Below are positions 17,825-26,859 of a DNA stretch of 36,573 nucleotides, one piece after another. The stretch is from an uncultured Dehalococcoidales bacterium (lineage in GTDB: Bacteria; Chloroflexota; Dehalococcoidia; GIF9; AB-539-J10). Below the pieces are notes generated by a model, which had not been told where the DNA came from, searched no databases, and saw only the letters and a program-made list of their open reading frames with translations. The stretch spans positions 1 to 36,573 of the forward strand of contig CAZLCQ010000002.1 of the NCBI GenBank assembly GCA_964557995.1. The letters are read 5' to 3'. Position 1 is the stretch's first letter. Every line of letters begins with the position of its first letter. A program made the position numbers and the translations under genes.

Positions 17825-18844
17825 ATGAGGCTATCCGAGCTAGGAGAGTTTGGTCTAATTAACCTCATTCGCACCGCCACTACCAGATGCGGAAATTTTG
17901 GGCGTACTCCGTGGCGAGAAGTATTGCTCGGTATTGGTGATGACGCCGCTGCCTGGCAAATTGGTAACCGCATCCAGTTAGCCACTACAGATACTCTCGT
18001 TCAGGGCGTTCACTTCGACCTAGGCATTATTACGTGGCAAGAGCTGGGCTGGAAGGCACTGGCTGTAAATCTAAGCGACGTAGCTGCCATGGGCGGTATT
18101 CCTAACTACGCTTTGCTGTCTCTGGCATTACCCGCCCGATTGGAGTTGAAAGACGTCTCCGCATTCATCAACAGCTTCACGCGCGCGGCCGCGGAATTTG
18201 GAGTAGCGATAGTTGGGGGCAACGTCACGACCGCTCCCAATACAGTGATCACGGCAACCATCATAGGCCGCTCAAAAGGCAAAACCATGCTTGAGAGGTC
18301 TACAGCCTCCTCCGGCGACCAGATAGCCGTCACAGGATACGTCGGAGTATCAGCAGCAGGCCTCGAAATGCTTAAGGGAACCGCCATCTCAGACCCCAGG
18401 GCGAGAGATGTCCTGAGACAAGCCCACTTGAGGCCCATGCCCAGAGTAAAAGAAGGACAAATCCTGGTCGAACAAGGGGTCAGGACTGCTATAGATATAA
18501 GTGACGGACTCGTTGCTGACCTCGACCATGTATGCGAATCCAGCAGAGTCAACGCTAAGATCAATATAGAACAGGTCCCGGTGCACCCCGCAGTCGCAGC
18601 GCATTTTCCAGGCAGTCAGGAACTGGCTTTGTCTGGCGGAGAGGATTATGAGCTTGTTTTTACCGCAGATAAGGCTACCGTCGCCCGAGCTAAGAGAGCC
18701 CTTAGCTGTCCGGTGACCGTAATAGGGAATATCACAGAAGAAGAGTTACCAACACGGGTACTTGTGGTGGACAGCAAGGGGACTATCATCCCTTACAAGA
18801 AAAAGGGGTGGGATCACTTTAGGGATGCAATCTCTCACGTTTAA
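17825..18844 (+). CDS. thiL: Thiamine-monophosphate kinase
   Basis: AIR-synthase-like fold. 'MRLSELGEFGLINLI', 'GIGDDAAAW', 'TTDTLVQGVHF', 'LAVNLSDVAAMGG' and 'GGEDYELVFTA'. The track ORF starts at 17792. I prefer ATG 17825 because ThiL proteins begin near the 'GEFxLI' motif and a -10 element lies inside the longer version. Confidence 0.85.
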   Translation: MRLSELGEFGLINLIRTATTRCGNFGRTPWREVLLGIGDDAAAWQIGNRIQLATTDTLVQGVHFDLGIITWQELGWKALAVNLSDVAAMGGIPNYALLSLALPARLELKDVSAFINSFTRAAAEFGVAIVGGNVTTAPNTVITATIIGRSKGKTMLERSTASSGDQIAVTGYVGVSAAGLEMLKGTAISDPRARDVLRQAHLRPMPRVKEGQILVEQGVRTAIDISDGLVADLDHVCESSRVNAKINIEQVPVHPAVAAHFPGSQELALSGGEDYELVFTADKATVARAKRALSCPVTVIGNITEEELPTRVLVVDSKGTIIPYKKKGWDHFRDAISHV

Positions 18845-19316
18845 TTCGCATGGCCCGGAACAGACTCAGCTTCTGGGAAGCTACTTGGGGAAACTAGCTC
18901 AGAAGGCTGATGTCTTACTCCTCACAGGCGAGTTGGGGACAGGCAAGACTTGTCTGGTCCAGGGCATCGCTAGCGGCCTGAATGTCAAGGAATATGCTTT
19001 CAGTCCCTCCTTCGTTATACTTAGACAATACCACGGCCGACTTCCCTTATACCACGTTGATCTTTATCGTCTCGATTGCATTGACGAAATCGCTGGCCTC
19101 GGGCTGGAGGACTACTTTTACGGCGATGGAGTCTGTGTGATTGAATGGGCAGAAAAGGGGCAGCAGCTGGTGCCACAGGATAATCTCATCATCTCCATAC
19201 AATATGTGGCTGCCTCCCCTACAGAGAGGTCCATCCGCTTGAAGCCCCAGGGCCGGCGCCACAATGAACTGATAAAACAGCTCAAAGAAGCGAGCGGCTT
19301 TTGGCCCGAAATGTGA
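18825..19316 (+). CDS. tsaE: tRNA t6A37 biosynthesis ATPase TsaE (YjeE)
   Basis: '...LLLTGELGTGKTCLVQGIA...SPSFVILRQY....LYHVDLYRL'. ATG 18825 is preferred over the track start 18762. It overlaps the thiL end by 20 nt. Confidence 0.85.
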   Translation: MQSLTFNSHGPEQTQLLGSYLGKLAQKADVLLLTGELGTGKTCLVQGIASGLNVKEYAFSPSFVILRQYHGRLPLYHVDLYRLDCIDEIAGLGLEDYFYGDGVCVIEWAEKGQQLVPQDNLIISIQYVAASPTERSIRLKPQGRRHNELIKQLKEASGFWPEM

Positions 19317-19440
19317 GGCGCTAACTAGGGCAGAATTTGAGAATCAAAGGTTAAAATGACAACTCAAAATGGAGGACTTCTTCACTTTTGCGCTCTCATC
19401 TCGCACTATTGTTTGCGACTTTCACATTTGGATTTCTGAT

Positions 19441-20172
19441 ATGGAATTAGCTATAGATACTTCGTCCAATATCGTCAGCATTGCTTTATCTCACAAAGGT
19501 GAGTTACTGGCTGTGCTAAACTGGCGAACGAGGCAGAACCATACAATAGAACTGTTGCCGAATTTAGTCTGCCTCTTGCAGCAAGCCAAGGTCGAGCTAG
19601 CCTCAATAGAAGCAATCGTTGTGGCCAGAGGCCCAGGGAGTTTCAATGGACTTAGAGTGGGCATGAGCACTGCTAAGGGACTGGCTTTCACCTTGAATAC
19701 TCCTTTGCTTGCGGTGAACACATTGGAAGCTGAAGTCTATCCCTTCGCTTTTACTGGACTGCCTCTGCGCGCCATTCAAAAGGCTGGACGTCAGGAAATA
19801 GCCACCGCGGTTTACCGCCAAAAAGATGATGACTGGCAATGCCTGGAGGCAGACAATCTGGCCTCGGTTGAGACTCTGTGGCGTCGCACCAAGCAGAGAA
19901 CCATTTTCTGTGGTGAAATTCCTGCCGACATAGCAAGGCAAATACAACAAAACTTGGGCAGGCAAGCTATAATCTGCCAGAATAATGGTCCATCCCGTGG
20001 CAGTTCTTTGGCTATGTTAGGTTGGGGAAGATTGAGCAAGGGAGAAACCGACGACCTGCTAACTCTGCAGCCGACATACCTTCGCCCTCCTCACATAACC
20101 AAGCCTAAAGAGAGGACGCCTTCTTTTGTCACTACGAATAGAGAGCGGAAACAAAGAAATGGAAATCCCTAA
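19441..20172 (+). CDS. tsaB: tRNA t6A37 biosynthesis protein TsaB (YeaZ)
   Basis: 'MELAIDTSSNIVSIAL...', 'IVVARGPGSFNGLRVGMSTAKGLA'. ATG 19441 is preferred over the track start 19369 because TsaB proteins start at the 'xxLAIDTS' motif. Confidence 0.82.
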   Translation: MELAIDTSSNIVSIALSHKGELLAVLNWRTRQNHTIELLPNLVCLLQQAKVELASIEAIVVARGPGSFNGLRVGMSTAKGLAFTLNTPLLAVNTLEAEVYPFAFTGLPLRAIQKAGRQEIATAVYRQKDDDWQCLEADNLASVETLWRRTKQRTIFCGEIPADIARQIQQNLGRQAIICQNNGPSRGSSLAMLGWGRLSKGETDDLLTLQPTYLRPPHITKPKERTPSFVTTNRERKQRNGNP

Positions 20173-21220
20173 ACTAGATGTTGATTGCACCGCACAGTTT
20201 TGTTTTGCCTGCAGCCAGCAAAACCCAATAGGGCTAAAGCTGAAACCTGTCCAGGACGGAGAAAAAGTCACTGCGGAGTTCACGGCCGGGAAGTTTCATC
20301 AGGGCTGGGGAAACGTCATTCACGGCGGCATTCTCTATACCCTCCTCGATGAAGTCACCGCCTACGCTATGCTTTGCCGTGGAATCGAGCTTGGCGTTAC
20401 TGCCAAGAGCGAGATAAGATTCAGACAGCCAGCACCCATCAATCAGCCCATCCGAGCATCTGCCTGGGTCACCAGATTGACAAGACGGCTCGTAGAAGTT
20501 AGAGGCGAGCTAAGCCTCAAGGATAGTACAGTCATAGTCGATGGCAATTTCCTATTCTACGTATTGCGGCAGTCGAAGAAGACAGCTCTCTGGGATATGG
20601 ACGGAGTGATTTCCGATTCCTATTCCTTCCACTTTGATGCCTGGCAGGAAACCTTCGCTAGAAGGAGTGTGGAATTCACCAAGGAAGATTTCACTCGTCT
20701 CTTCGGCAGCAGAAATGACTTCATAATCGGCAGCGTTATGGGCGAGCAGCTGCCCGGGAAAAATGTCAAGAGCATGGTACAGGAAAAGGAAGAGGCTTTT
20801 CGGCGAAAGGCGACAGGACGGATCAAATCGTTTCCCGGTGTAGTAGCATTGCTTACCGCCCTCAAAAAGGGAAATTTCAAATTAGGCTTAGCCTCCTCGG
20901 CGCCTATGGAGAACATCGACCTGGCCCTCAGTGAGCTTGATCTAGCACGAACTTTCGACTGTATTGTTTCTGGTCAGGATGTATCTGAAAGCAAACCCGG
21001 CCCACAAATATATCTTTTGGCTGCCAAGAAACTGCGCACAACTCCTAGCGATTGTGTTGTGATTGAAGATTCGCCGCTGGGGGTGAAGGCTGCCAAGACT
21101 GCTGGGATGAGGTGTCTGGCCGTAACCAATACGCATCGCCGAGAGAGTCTCCAGGAGGCGGATACGGTGGTTGATTCGCTAGAAGACGTAGACTTGATTA
21201 CGCTGCTCATGAGAGTCTAG
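20159..21220 (+). CDS. Fusion protein: PaaI/hotdog-fold thioesterase domain (N) plus HAD-IA phosphatase/beta-phosphoglucomutase-like domain (C)
   Basis: N-terminal half: 'CFACSQQNPIGLKLKP....GKFHQGWGNVIHGGILYTLLDEVTAYA'. C-terminal half: HAD motif I 'ALWDMDGVISDS', motif II 'LGLASSAP' and motif III/IV 'SKPGPQIYL...VVIEDSPLGVKAAKTAGM'. ATG 20159 overlaps the tsaB end by 14 nt. Confidence 0.75.
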   Translation: MEIPKLDVDCTAQFCFACSQQNPIGLKLKPVQDGEKVTAEFTAGKFHQGWGNVIHGGILYTLLDEVTAYAMLCRGIELGVTAKSEIRFRQPAPINQPIRASAWVTRLTRRLVEVRGELSLKDSTVIVDGNFLFYVLRQSKKTALWDMDGVISDSYSFHFDAWQETFARRSVEFTKEDFTRLFGSRNDFIIGSVMGEQLPGKNVKSMVQEKEEAFRRKATGRIKSFPGVVALLTALKKGNFKLGLASSAPMENIDLALSELDLARTFDCIVSGQDVSESKPGPQIYLLAAKKLRTTPSDCVVIEDSPLGVKAAKTAGMRCLAVTNTHRRESLQEADTVVDSLEDVDLITLLMRV

Positions 21221-21261
21221 AAATGCGCCAGAATAAATGAAGGAAGAAGGAGATTAAGGCT

Positions 21262-21708
21262 ATGGAGAGAAGTCTAGTGCTTGTTAAACCTGACGCCGTG
21301 CAAAGGGCATTGGCCGGCCAAATCATTTCTCGCTTCGAAAGGAAGGGGCTTAAGATCGTAGCTATGAAGATGTTGCATATGGACAAGAATCTGGCTCAAC
21401 GCCACTATGCCATCCACAAAGGAAAGGCTTTCTTCGACGATTTGGTGAGTTTCATTACTTCCAGTCCACTCATTGCCATCGTCTTCCACGGTGAGAATGC
21501 CGTACAGATAATCCGACAAATGATGGGCGAGACTGACCCTGCCAAAGCGGCCGGTGGCACCATTAGGGGTGACTTTGGTATTGACGTTGGACACAATTTA
21601 GTGCACGGCTCCGATTCACCGGAAAACGCCTGCAGAGAAATAGATTTATTCTTCTCAGCGGAGGAGATTTTCGACTACGATAGAGAGCTAGATACGTGGG
21701 TCTATTGA
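21262..21708 (+). CDS. ndk: Nucleoside-diphosphate kinase
   Basis: 148 aa. 'ERSLVLVKPDAVQR...IISRFERKGLKIVAMK', 'GETDPAKAAGGTIRGDFG' and 'NLVHGSDSPENA' (active-site His). Confidence 0.95.
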   Translation: MERSLVLVKPDAVQRALAGQIISRFERKGLKIVAMKMLHMDKNLAQRHYAIHKGKAFFDDLVSFITSSPLIAIVFHGENAVQIIRQMMGETDPAKAAGGTIRGDFGIDVGHNLVHGSDSPENACREIDLFFSAEEIFDYDRELDTWVY

Positions 21709-21977
21709 ATTCTAACTACAGGGATCGCCGTGTCCCATAGCTTGTCCAGTTGATAGTAGCCCCGCTCTGCAGGGCCGAAGATATGAACAATAACCGACCC
21801 AAAATCAGCAAGCAACCAGCCTGAGTCCGCAGCTCCTTCCTTATGATGAAGCCCAACATCCCTAGCTCCCAATGCCTCATCAATACCCTGCCATATAGCT
21901 TCAATATGCCGCTTAGTATCTCCCGTGCAAATAACGAAGTAATCCGCGAAAGAGCACAATGCTCTAACGTCCAGCAT
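21702..21977 (-). CDS. rsfS: Ribosome silencing factor RsfS (Iojap family); the true start may lie upstream
   Basis: 'MLDVRALCSFADYFVICTGDTKRHIEAIW..I......HHKEG....WLLADFGSVIVHIF....R.YYQLDKLW'. The frame stays open for 23 more codons, (L)EAERIARLATELASEKQAKDIA, back to CTG 22046, which lies 11 nt after GGGAGG. Confidence 0.85.
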   Translation of the reverse strand: MLDVRALCSFADYFVICTGDTKRHIEAIWQGIDEALGARDVGLHHKEGAADSGWLLADFGSVIVHIFGPAERGYYQLDKLWDTAIPVVRIQ

Positions 21978-22197
21978 AGCAATATCCTTCGCTTGCTTCT
22001 CAGAAGCAAGTTCGGTAGCTAAGCGTGCTATTCTCTCTGCTTCCAGTAAGGCGTAAACCTCCCTACAGGATTATACCATTTATCCAATTATTTGACTAAG
22101 ACTGTCTTTCCTCGTATATTCTGGAGATTTATGCCCGTGCTACAAGGCTACCTTCTCTGTGAACTTGAGAATAGGATTTTTCGCCCTGCAGTATATC

Positions 22198-22206
22198 TGC
22201 TATAAT
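22198..22206 (+). promoter_or_regulatory. Extended -10 element (TGcTATAAT) 18 nt upstream of the ftsH ATG
   Basis: tcTGcTATAATtgaaacgacattaaagacATG, with no SD-like purine run in the short leader. Confidence 0.4.
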
Positions 22207-22224
22207 TGAAACGACATTAAAGAC

Positions 22225-24057
22225 ATGCAAACGAAATGGTGGCGTAGCGGTTTCTTCTACATGCTGCTTCTGATAGTAGTGGGTGCCTTGATACTTGCCA
22301 CTGTTATGTCGGGACCGGAGCCTGAGCCCATAGATAAGATTGGGGACTTTGTCACACAGGTTAAGGATGAGACCAACAAAATTGACACGATACAGCAGGA
22401 CGGTGACACCCTCATTGCGTTAAGCGGGGATGAGGCGAAGTATAAAACTGGCTTCATTGGCAGCACTGAAGAGTTGCGGCAATTGCTCCAAAGCGAAGGA
22501 GTAGATCCTGGCATCGTTGCTCCCATAGTCGGTGGTGTTGACTGGGGAACGATAGCTCTGACAGTCATCCTACCTATTGTGTTGCTCGGCGCGTTGTTTT
22601 ACTTCTTGTTCTTCCGTGCCGCCCGTGGCGCCGGCACCCAAGCCTTCAATTTCGGCAAGAGCCGTGCTCGACTAACTCTCGACAAGAGGCCCGATGTAAC
22701 TTTCGCCGATGTCGCTGGAGCAGAGGAGGCAAAAGAAGAGGTCCAAGAAATAGTCGAATTCCTCAAGTCTCCCCAGAAATTCCAGTCACTGGGGGGACGA
22801 ATACCTAGAGGAGTCCTTCTGGTAGGGCCACCGGGAACAGGCAAGACCTTACTGGCCAAAGCCATAGCCGGAGAGGCCAGAGTACCTTTCTACTCCATTA
22901 GTGGCAGCGAATTTGTGGAGATGTTTGTGGGTGTGGGTGCTTCCAGGGTCAGAGACCTCTTTGAGCAGGCAAAGCGCAACTCACCTTGCCTTATATTTAT
23001 TGATGAAATTGATGCTGTAGGTCGACACCGTGGTGCCGGCCTGGGTGGTGGGCATGATGAAAGAGAACAGACCCTCAACCAAATTCTGGCGGAGATGGAC
23101 GGCTTCGATACCAATGCCAACGTTATCGTCGTGGCTGCCACCAATCGCCCCGATATTCTTGACCCAGCCCTCCTCCGCCCTGGTCGCTTTGACCGACATA
23201 TCGTCATTGACTTACCCGACATAAAGGGTCGCAAGGCTATCCTCGAGGTACACGCCAAAGGAAAGCCGCTAGCTAAAGAAGTCGACTTTGAGACTATAGC
23301 TAAGGGCACCCCGGGTTTCAGCGGCGCCGATCTTGCTAACGTAATTAATGAAGCAGCCCTTCTGGCTGCCCGACGCGATCGCAAAGATATCACGTTAAAG
23401 GAACTTGAAGAGGCGGCTGACCGTGTTCTAGCGGGACCGGAAAAGAAAAGCCGCATAATAAGCCCTAAGGAGAAAGAAATAATTGCCTACCACGAAAGTG
23501 GTCATGCCTTGACCGCCAAGCTGTTGCCAAATGCTGACCCTGTGCACAAGATTTCTATTGTCGCCCGAGGGATAATGGGGGGCTGGACACGTTTCCTGCC
23601 ATCGGAAGACCGTCATCTGTGGACCAAGTCTCAGTTTGATGACAGATTGGCAGTGAGCCTGGGCGGACGTGTTGCCGAGGAGATCACCTTCGGGGAAATG
23701 ACTACCGGTGCTCAAAACGACTTAGAGCAAGCAACTAAGCTAGCTAGGCAGATGGTTACCGAGTATGGCATGAGCGAAAAATTAGGCCCGCGGACTTTTG
23801 GTCAAAGACAAGAACTCGTCTTTCTCGGTCGTGAGATCAGCGAACAGAGGGACTACAGCGATAAGGTGGCCCAAGAAATCGATGAAGAAGTACATAATAT
23901 TATCCAGCGCGCCTACAATACCGCTACGAAACTTCTGACGACAAACAAAGAAAAACTGAATCAACTGGCGCGAGAACTCAGAACTCATGAAACTCTGGAT
24001 GAACCTGAGCTTGATAAAATATTTGAGGGGTTAGCACCACAGCCAACCCCCGGCTAA
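22225..24057 (+). CDS. ftsH: ATP-dependent zinc metalloprotease FtsH
   Basis: 610 aa with two TM helices. Walker A 'GPPGTGKT', Walker B 'IIFIDEIDA', SRH '[19 protein letters not shown]' and the zinc site 'HESGHAL'. Confidence 0.96.
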   Translation: MQTKWWRSGFFYMLLLIVVGALILATVMSGPEPEPIDKIGDFVTQVKDETNKIDTIQQDGDTLIALSGDEAKYKTGFIGSTEELRQLLQSEGVDPGIVAPIVGGVDWGTIALTVILPIVLLGALFYFLFFRAARGAGTQAFNFGKSRARLTLDKRPDVTFADVAGAEEAKEEVQEIVEFLKSPQKFQSLGGRIPRGVLLVGPPGTGKTLLAKAIAGEARVPFYSISGSEFVEMFVGVGASRVRDLFEQAKRNSPCLIFIDEIDAVGRHRGAGLGGGHDEREQTLNQILAEMDGFDTNANVIVVAATNRPDILDPALLRPGRFDRHIVIDLPDIKGRKAILEVHAKGKPLAKEVDFETIAKGTPGFSGADLANVINEAALLAARRDRKDITLKELEEAADRVLAGPEKKSRIISPKEKEIIAYHESGHALTAKLLPNADPVHKISIVARGIMGGWTRFLPSEDRHLWTKSQFDDRLAVSLGGRVAEEITFGEMTTGAQNDLEQATKLARQMVTEYGMSEKLGPRTFGQRQELVFLGREISEQRDYSDKVAQEIDEEVHNIIQRAYNTATKLLTTNKEKLNQLARELRTHETLDEPELDKIFEGLAPQPTPG

Positions 24058-24084
24058 ATCAGACGGCAAAGGTCAAGTCAAGAT

Positions 24085-25767
24085 TCAACTTTTTTGATTT
24101 TCATTCAGGGAGTTAAGCCGGCTACTTTCTTTGGAGACAATATCTTCATCTAACTTGATGAATAGCGGCTTTGGTTCGCGAAGTTTTTGCCCCGGAGGCA
24201 AAATCTGAATCTTCCAACCTCCTTCTTTCACGCTACCATCAAATCCCAGGAAAGAATGAAGTCTTTCGGAGCTGAAGGGGAGGAACGGATAGAGAATTGT
24301 TTTCAAGGCCGCCAATACAGACAGGGCTGCATAAACGGATTTCGCCGAAGTTTCCCGCTCTGTCTTGATTGTCTTCCATGGAGCCTGCTCATCAAGATAG
24401 CGGTTGGATTCTTGGGCTAGAGACATAACCCGCTTGATCGCCTCTTTAAACTGACAACGATAAAGCAACTTGTCCACACTGCATAACGTAGTTTCCGCTT
24501 CATGAAGCAAGCCCCGGCTGCGCTCATCCAGTTCGCCAGGTACCGGGACGGTTCCATCAAAATTGCGGTAGGCAAAGGTGAGAGCGCGATGAGCCAAGTT
24601 GCCATAGGTGGCTACCAGCTCGTTGTTATTGCGACGTAGGAATTCATGCCAGGAGAAATCGCTGTCTCCGGTCTCAGGCATATTCGCGGCCAGGCTATAT
24701 CTCAAAGGGTCCGGCTCGTATCGTTCCAGATAATCGGGGAGCCAGATTGCCCAGCCACGACTAGTGGAAATCTTCCTCCCCTCGATAGTCAGAAACTCAT
24801 TGGCTGGAACATCGTAAGGAAGATTCAATCCACTGTAGCCCATCAACATCGCTGGCCAAATCAAGGTATGGAAGAAGATATTGTCCTTGCCAATAAAGTA
24901 GAAGCTCTTGGCATCTTCTTGCCAGAAAGCTTTCCAGCCATCATCATCGCCCTGCATCTTTGCCCATTCTTTGCTGGCCGATAAGTAGCCAATGACCGCC
25001 TCAATCCATACATAAATACGTTTATGCTCAAATCCTGGCTGTGGTACAGTCACTCCCCAATTCAGATCGCGAGTAATAGCTCTATCCTTCAGTCCTTCAC
25101 TCAAGAATTTCCATGTAGTACCAACTACATTATTCCGCCAGTGGGCCTGCTCTTCTATCCAGGCAGCCAGCTTATCCTGAAAAGCGGAAAGCCGCAAAAA
25201 GAAATGCTCGGAAGGCTCAAATCGAGGCGGCGTACCACAAAGGTGACACCGAAGATCCTTAATCTCCTCAAGATTCAAAGGCCTGCCACATTCATCACAC
25301 TCATCGCCCCTTGCTTTGTCAAAGCCACAATAGGGACAAGTACCTTCCAGATAGCGGTCAGGAAGAAACCTCTGGCAATTAGGGCAATAGGCCTGGAGCA
25401 TCTTGTCTTTGTAGATATGGCCCTTGTTGAGCAGAGCGAGGAATACATCATGAGTGACTTGAGTGTGATTTGCTGTGCTGGTAGTAGTGAATAGGTCGAA
25501 AGAGATCCCCAGTCTCTTCCAGCAATCGATGAATTGCTGATGGTACATGGTCGCCACTTCTTGAGGAGTGGTGCCCTCCTGTTCAGCGCGGATTGTAATC
25601 GGTGCTCCATGCTGGTCGCTGCCCGAAACCATTAGCACCTTATTGCCCCTAAGACGATGATACCGCGCAAAAATATCGGCAGGCAGATAAGCGCCAGCAA
25701 TATGGCCCAGGTGTAGAGGCCCATTGGCATAAGGCCAGGCAACACCAATGAAAATCTGTTCGCTCAA
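24085..25767 (-). CDS. metG: Methionine--tRNA ligase
   Basis: 560 aa from a TTG start, with GGAG 5 nt upstream. 'PYANGPLHLGHIAG', Zn knuckles 'CPNC...CPYCG' and 'CDECG...CHLCG', and a 'KISTSRG' KMSKS-variant. Confidence 0.95.
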   Translation of the reverse strand: MSEQIFIGVAWPYANGPLHLGHIAGAYLPADIFARYHRLRGNKVLMVSGSDQHGAPITIRAEQEGTTPQEVATMYHQQFIDCWKRLGISFDLFTTTSTANHTQVTHDVFLALLNKGHIYKDKMLQAYCPNCQRFLPDRYLEGTCPYCGFDKARGDECDECGRPLNLEEIKDLRCHLCGTPPRFEPSEHFFLRLSAFQDKLAAWIEEQAHWRNNVVGTTWKFLSEGLKDRAITRDLNWGVTVPQPGFEHKRIYVWIEAVIGYLSASKEWAKMQGDDDGWKAFWQEDAKSFYFIGKDNIFFHTLIWPAMLMGYSGLNLPYDVPANEFLTIEGRKISTSRGWAIWLPDYLERYEPDPLRYSLAANMPETGDSDFSWHEFLRRNNNELVATYGNLAHRALTFAYRNFDGTVPVPGELDERSRGLLHEAETTLCSVDKLLYRCQFKEAIKRVMSLAQESNRYLDEQAPWKTIKTERETSAKSVYAALSVLAALKTILYPFLPFSSERLHSFLGFDGSVKEGGWKIQILPPGQKLREPKPLFIKLDEDIVSKESSRLNSLNENQKS

Positions 25768-25856
25768 ATTATCTCCGCCAGCTCAGTTCACTGCAAATCA
25801 TTTGTTTACCTGTGTCATCGCCCTGAACCCAAACTCTCGAATGAGTATTCCCAAAC

Positions 25857-26060
25857 TCATTCCTTGGGGAGAAATGTGATTATCTGCTTTCCTTTGTCTG
25901 TTCCATATGAGACATAACCATGGCTCTGACAACAATCAATACAAAGACGCTCCCGCTCATCTCCCTCTCCGTCGACTATGAGATAGCGTTCTCCATAGTC
26001 AACAATGCGATGACAATTATCACATTTCATCTTTCCTATAGCGATACAACCACGGCGCAT
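25857..26060 (-). CDS. Small zinc-ribbon protein of unknown function (67 aa)
   Basis: The ATG lies 1 nt after the rsmI stop (TAAaATG), suggesting translational coupling. The Cys pairs 'CDNC' and 'CIDCC' are about 22 residues apart. No family recognised. Confidence 0.6.
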   Translation of the reverse strand: MRRGCIAIGKMKCDNCHRIVDYGERYLIVDGEGDERERLCIDCCQSHGYVSYGTDKGKQIITFLPKE

Positions 26061-26061
26061 T

Positions 26062-26754
26062 TTAGCTCCTTTCCTGTAATTTCAGCCAGGCTCGCGTCCT
26101 ACCTTCAATAACAAGACTAAACTCCCCTCTCGGTTGTGCGAAATGCTCTATAGCCTGGCCGACCCTGCCCCGGAAAATCTCTTCGTGAACTTTGGTAAGC
26201 TCACGACAGAGGGCAATTCTTCTATCTCCCAGGATTTCCCCAATGTCGGTCAACGCTTCCCTGAGGCGATGAGGTGCCTCGAAAGCCACTATCGTTCTCG
26301 ATTCATCCGATATTGAGCTAAGGAGACGCTGCCTTCGTCCCTTGCGGCGGGGCAAAAAACCAACGAAAACGAATTGATCTGTCGGCAATCCGGAAACCAC
26401 CAGGGCAGTAATCACCGCTGAAGGACCCGGAACCGGTACCACGAAAATCCCTCGGTCAATAGCACTGACCACAAGGTCGTAACCAGGATCGCTTAGGCCG
26501 GGCATGCCCGCTTCCGAGACTAGAGCCACGTCTTCCCTCTCTAGATGAGCCAATAGATGGTCGAGTTTGGCTTTCTTGCTATGCTCATGATAACTCGTCA
26601 ATGGGGTATCAATATCATACGCATCAAGCAAGCGGCGCGTTTTACGTGTGTCCTCAGCGGCAATAAGTCCTACCTCCCTCAAAATGCGCAACGCACGCAG
26701 GGAAATATCCTCCAGATTGCCAATAGGAGTGGCAACGACGTAAAGAATAGGCAT
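26062..26754 (-). CDS. rsmI: 16S rRNA (cytidine1402-2'-O)-methyltransferase RsmI
   Basis: 230 aa. 'LYVVATPIGNLEDISLRALRIL.EV..IAAEDTR....LL' and 'VSEAGMPGLSDPG' (tetrapyrrole-methylase-fold RsmI signature). Confidence 0.9.
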   Translation of the reverse strand: MPILYVVATPIGNLEDISLRALRILREVGLIAAEDTRKTRRLLDAYDIDTPLTSYHEHSKKAKLDHLLAHLEREDVALVSEAGMPGLSDPGYDLVVSAIDRGIFVVPVPGPSAVITALVVSGLPTDQFVFVGFLPRRKGRRQRLLSSISDESRTIVAFEAPHRLREALTDIGEILGDRRIALCRELTKVHEEIFRGRVGQAIEHFAQPRGEFSLVIEGRTRAWLKLQERS

Positions 26755-26800
26755 GACCCGAAATTATACTCAATAGCTACGATTTTATCTACCAGCTTAC

Positions 26801-26829
26801 TTGACTTTGGTCCGCTATGCCTGTATAGT
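26801..26829 (+). promoter_or_regulatory. Candidate sigma70 promoter for the IMPDH-family gene
   Basis: TTGACT (26801-26806), a 17-nt spacer and TATAGT (26824-26829), 30 nt before ATG 26860. Confidence 0.45.
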
Positions 26830-26859
26830 TTGTGGCAATCTCCATCAAGTTAAAGGAAA

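Noticed and set aside
24058-24084. A possible bidirectional terminator between the convergent ftsH and metG genes (T6 run at about 24092-24097).
   Set aside because: Only a 4-bp TCAA/TTGA pairing precedes the T run, which is too weak to call.
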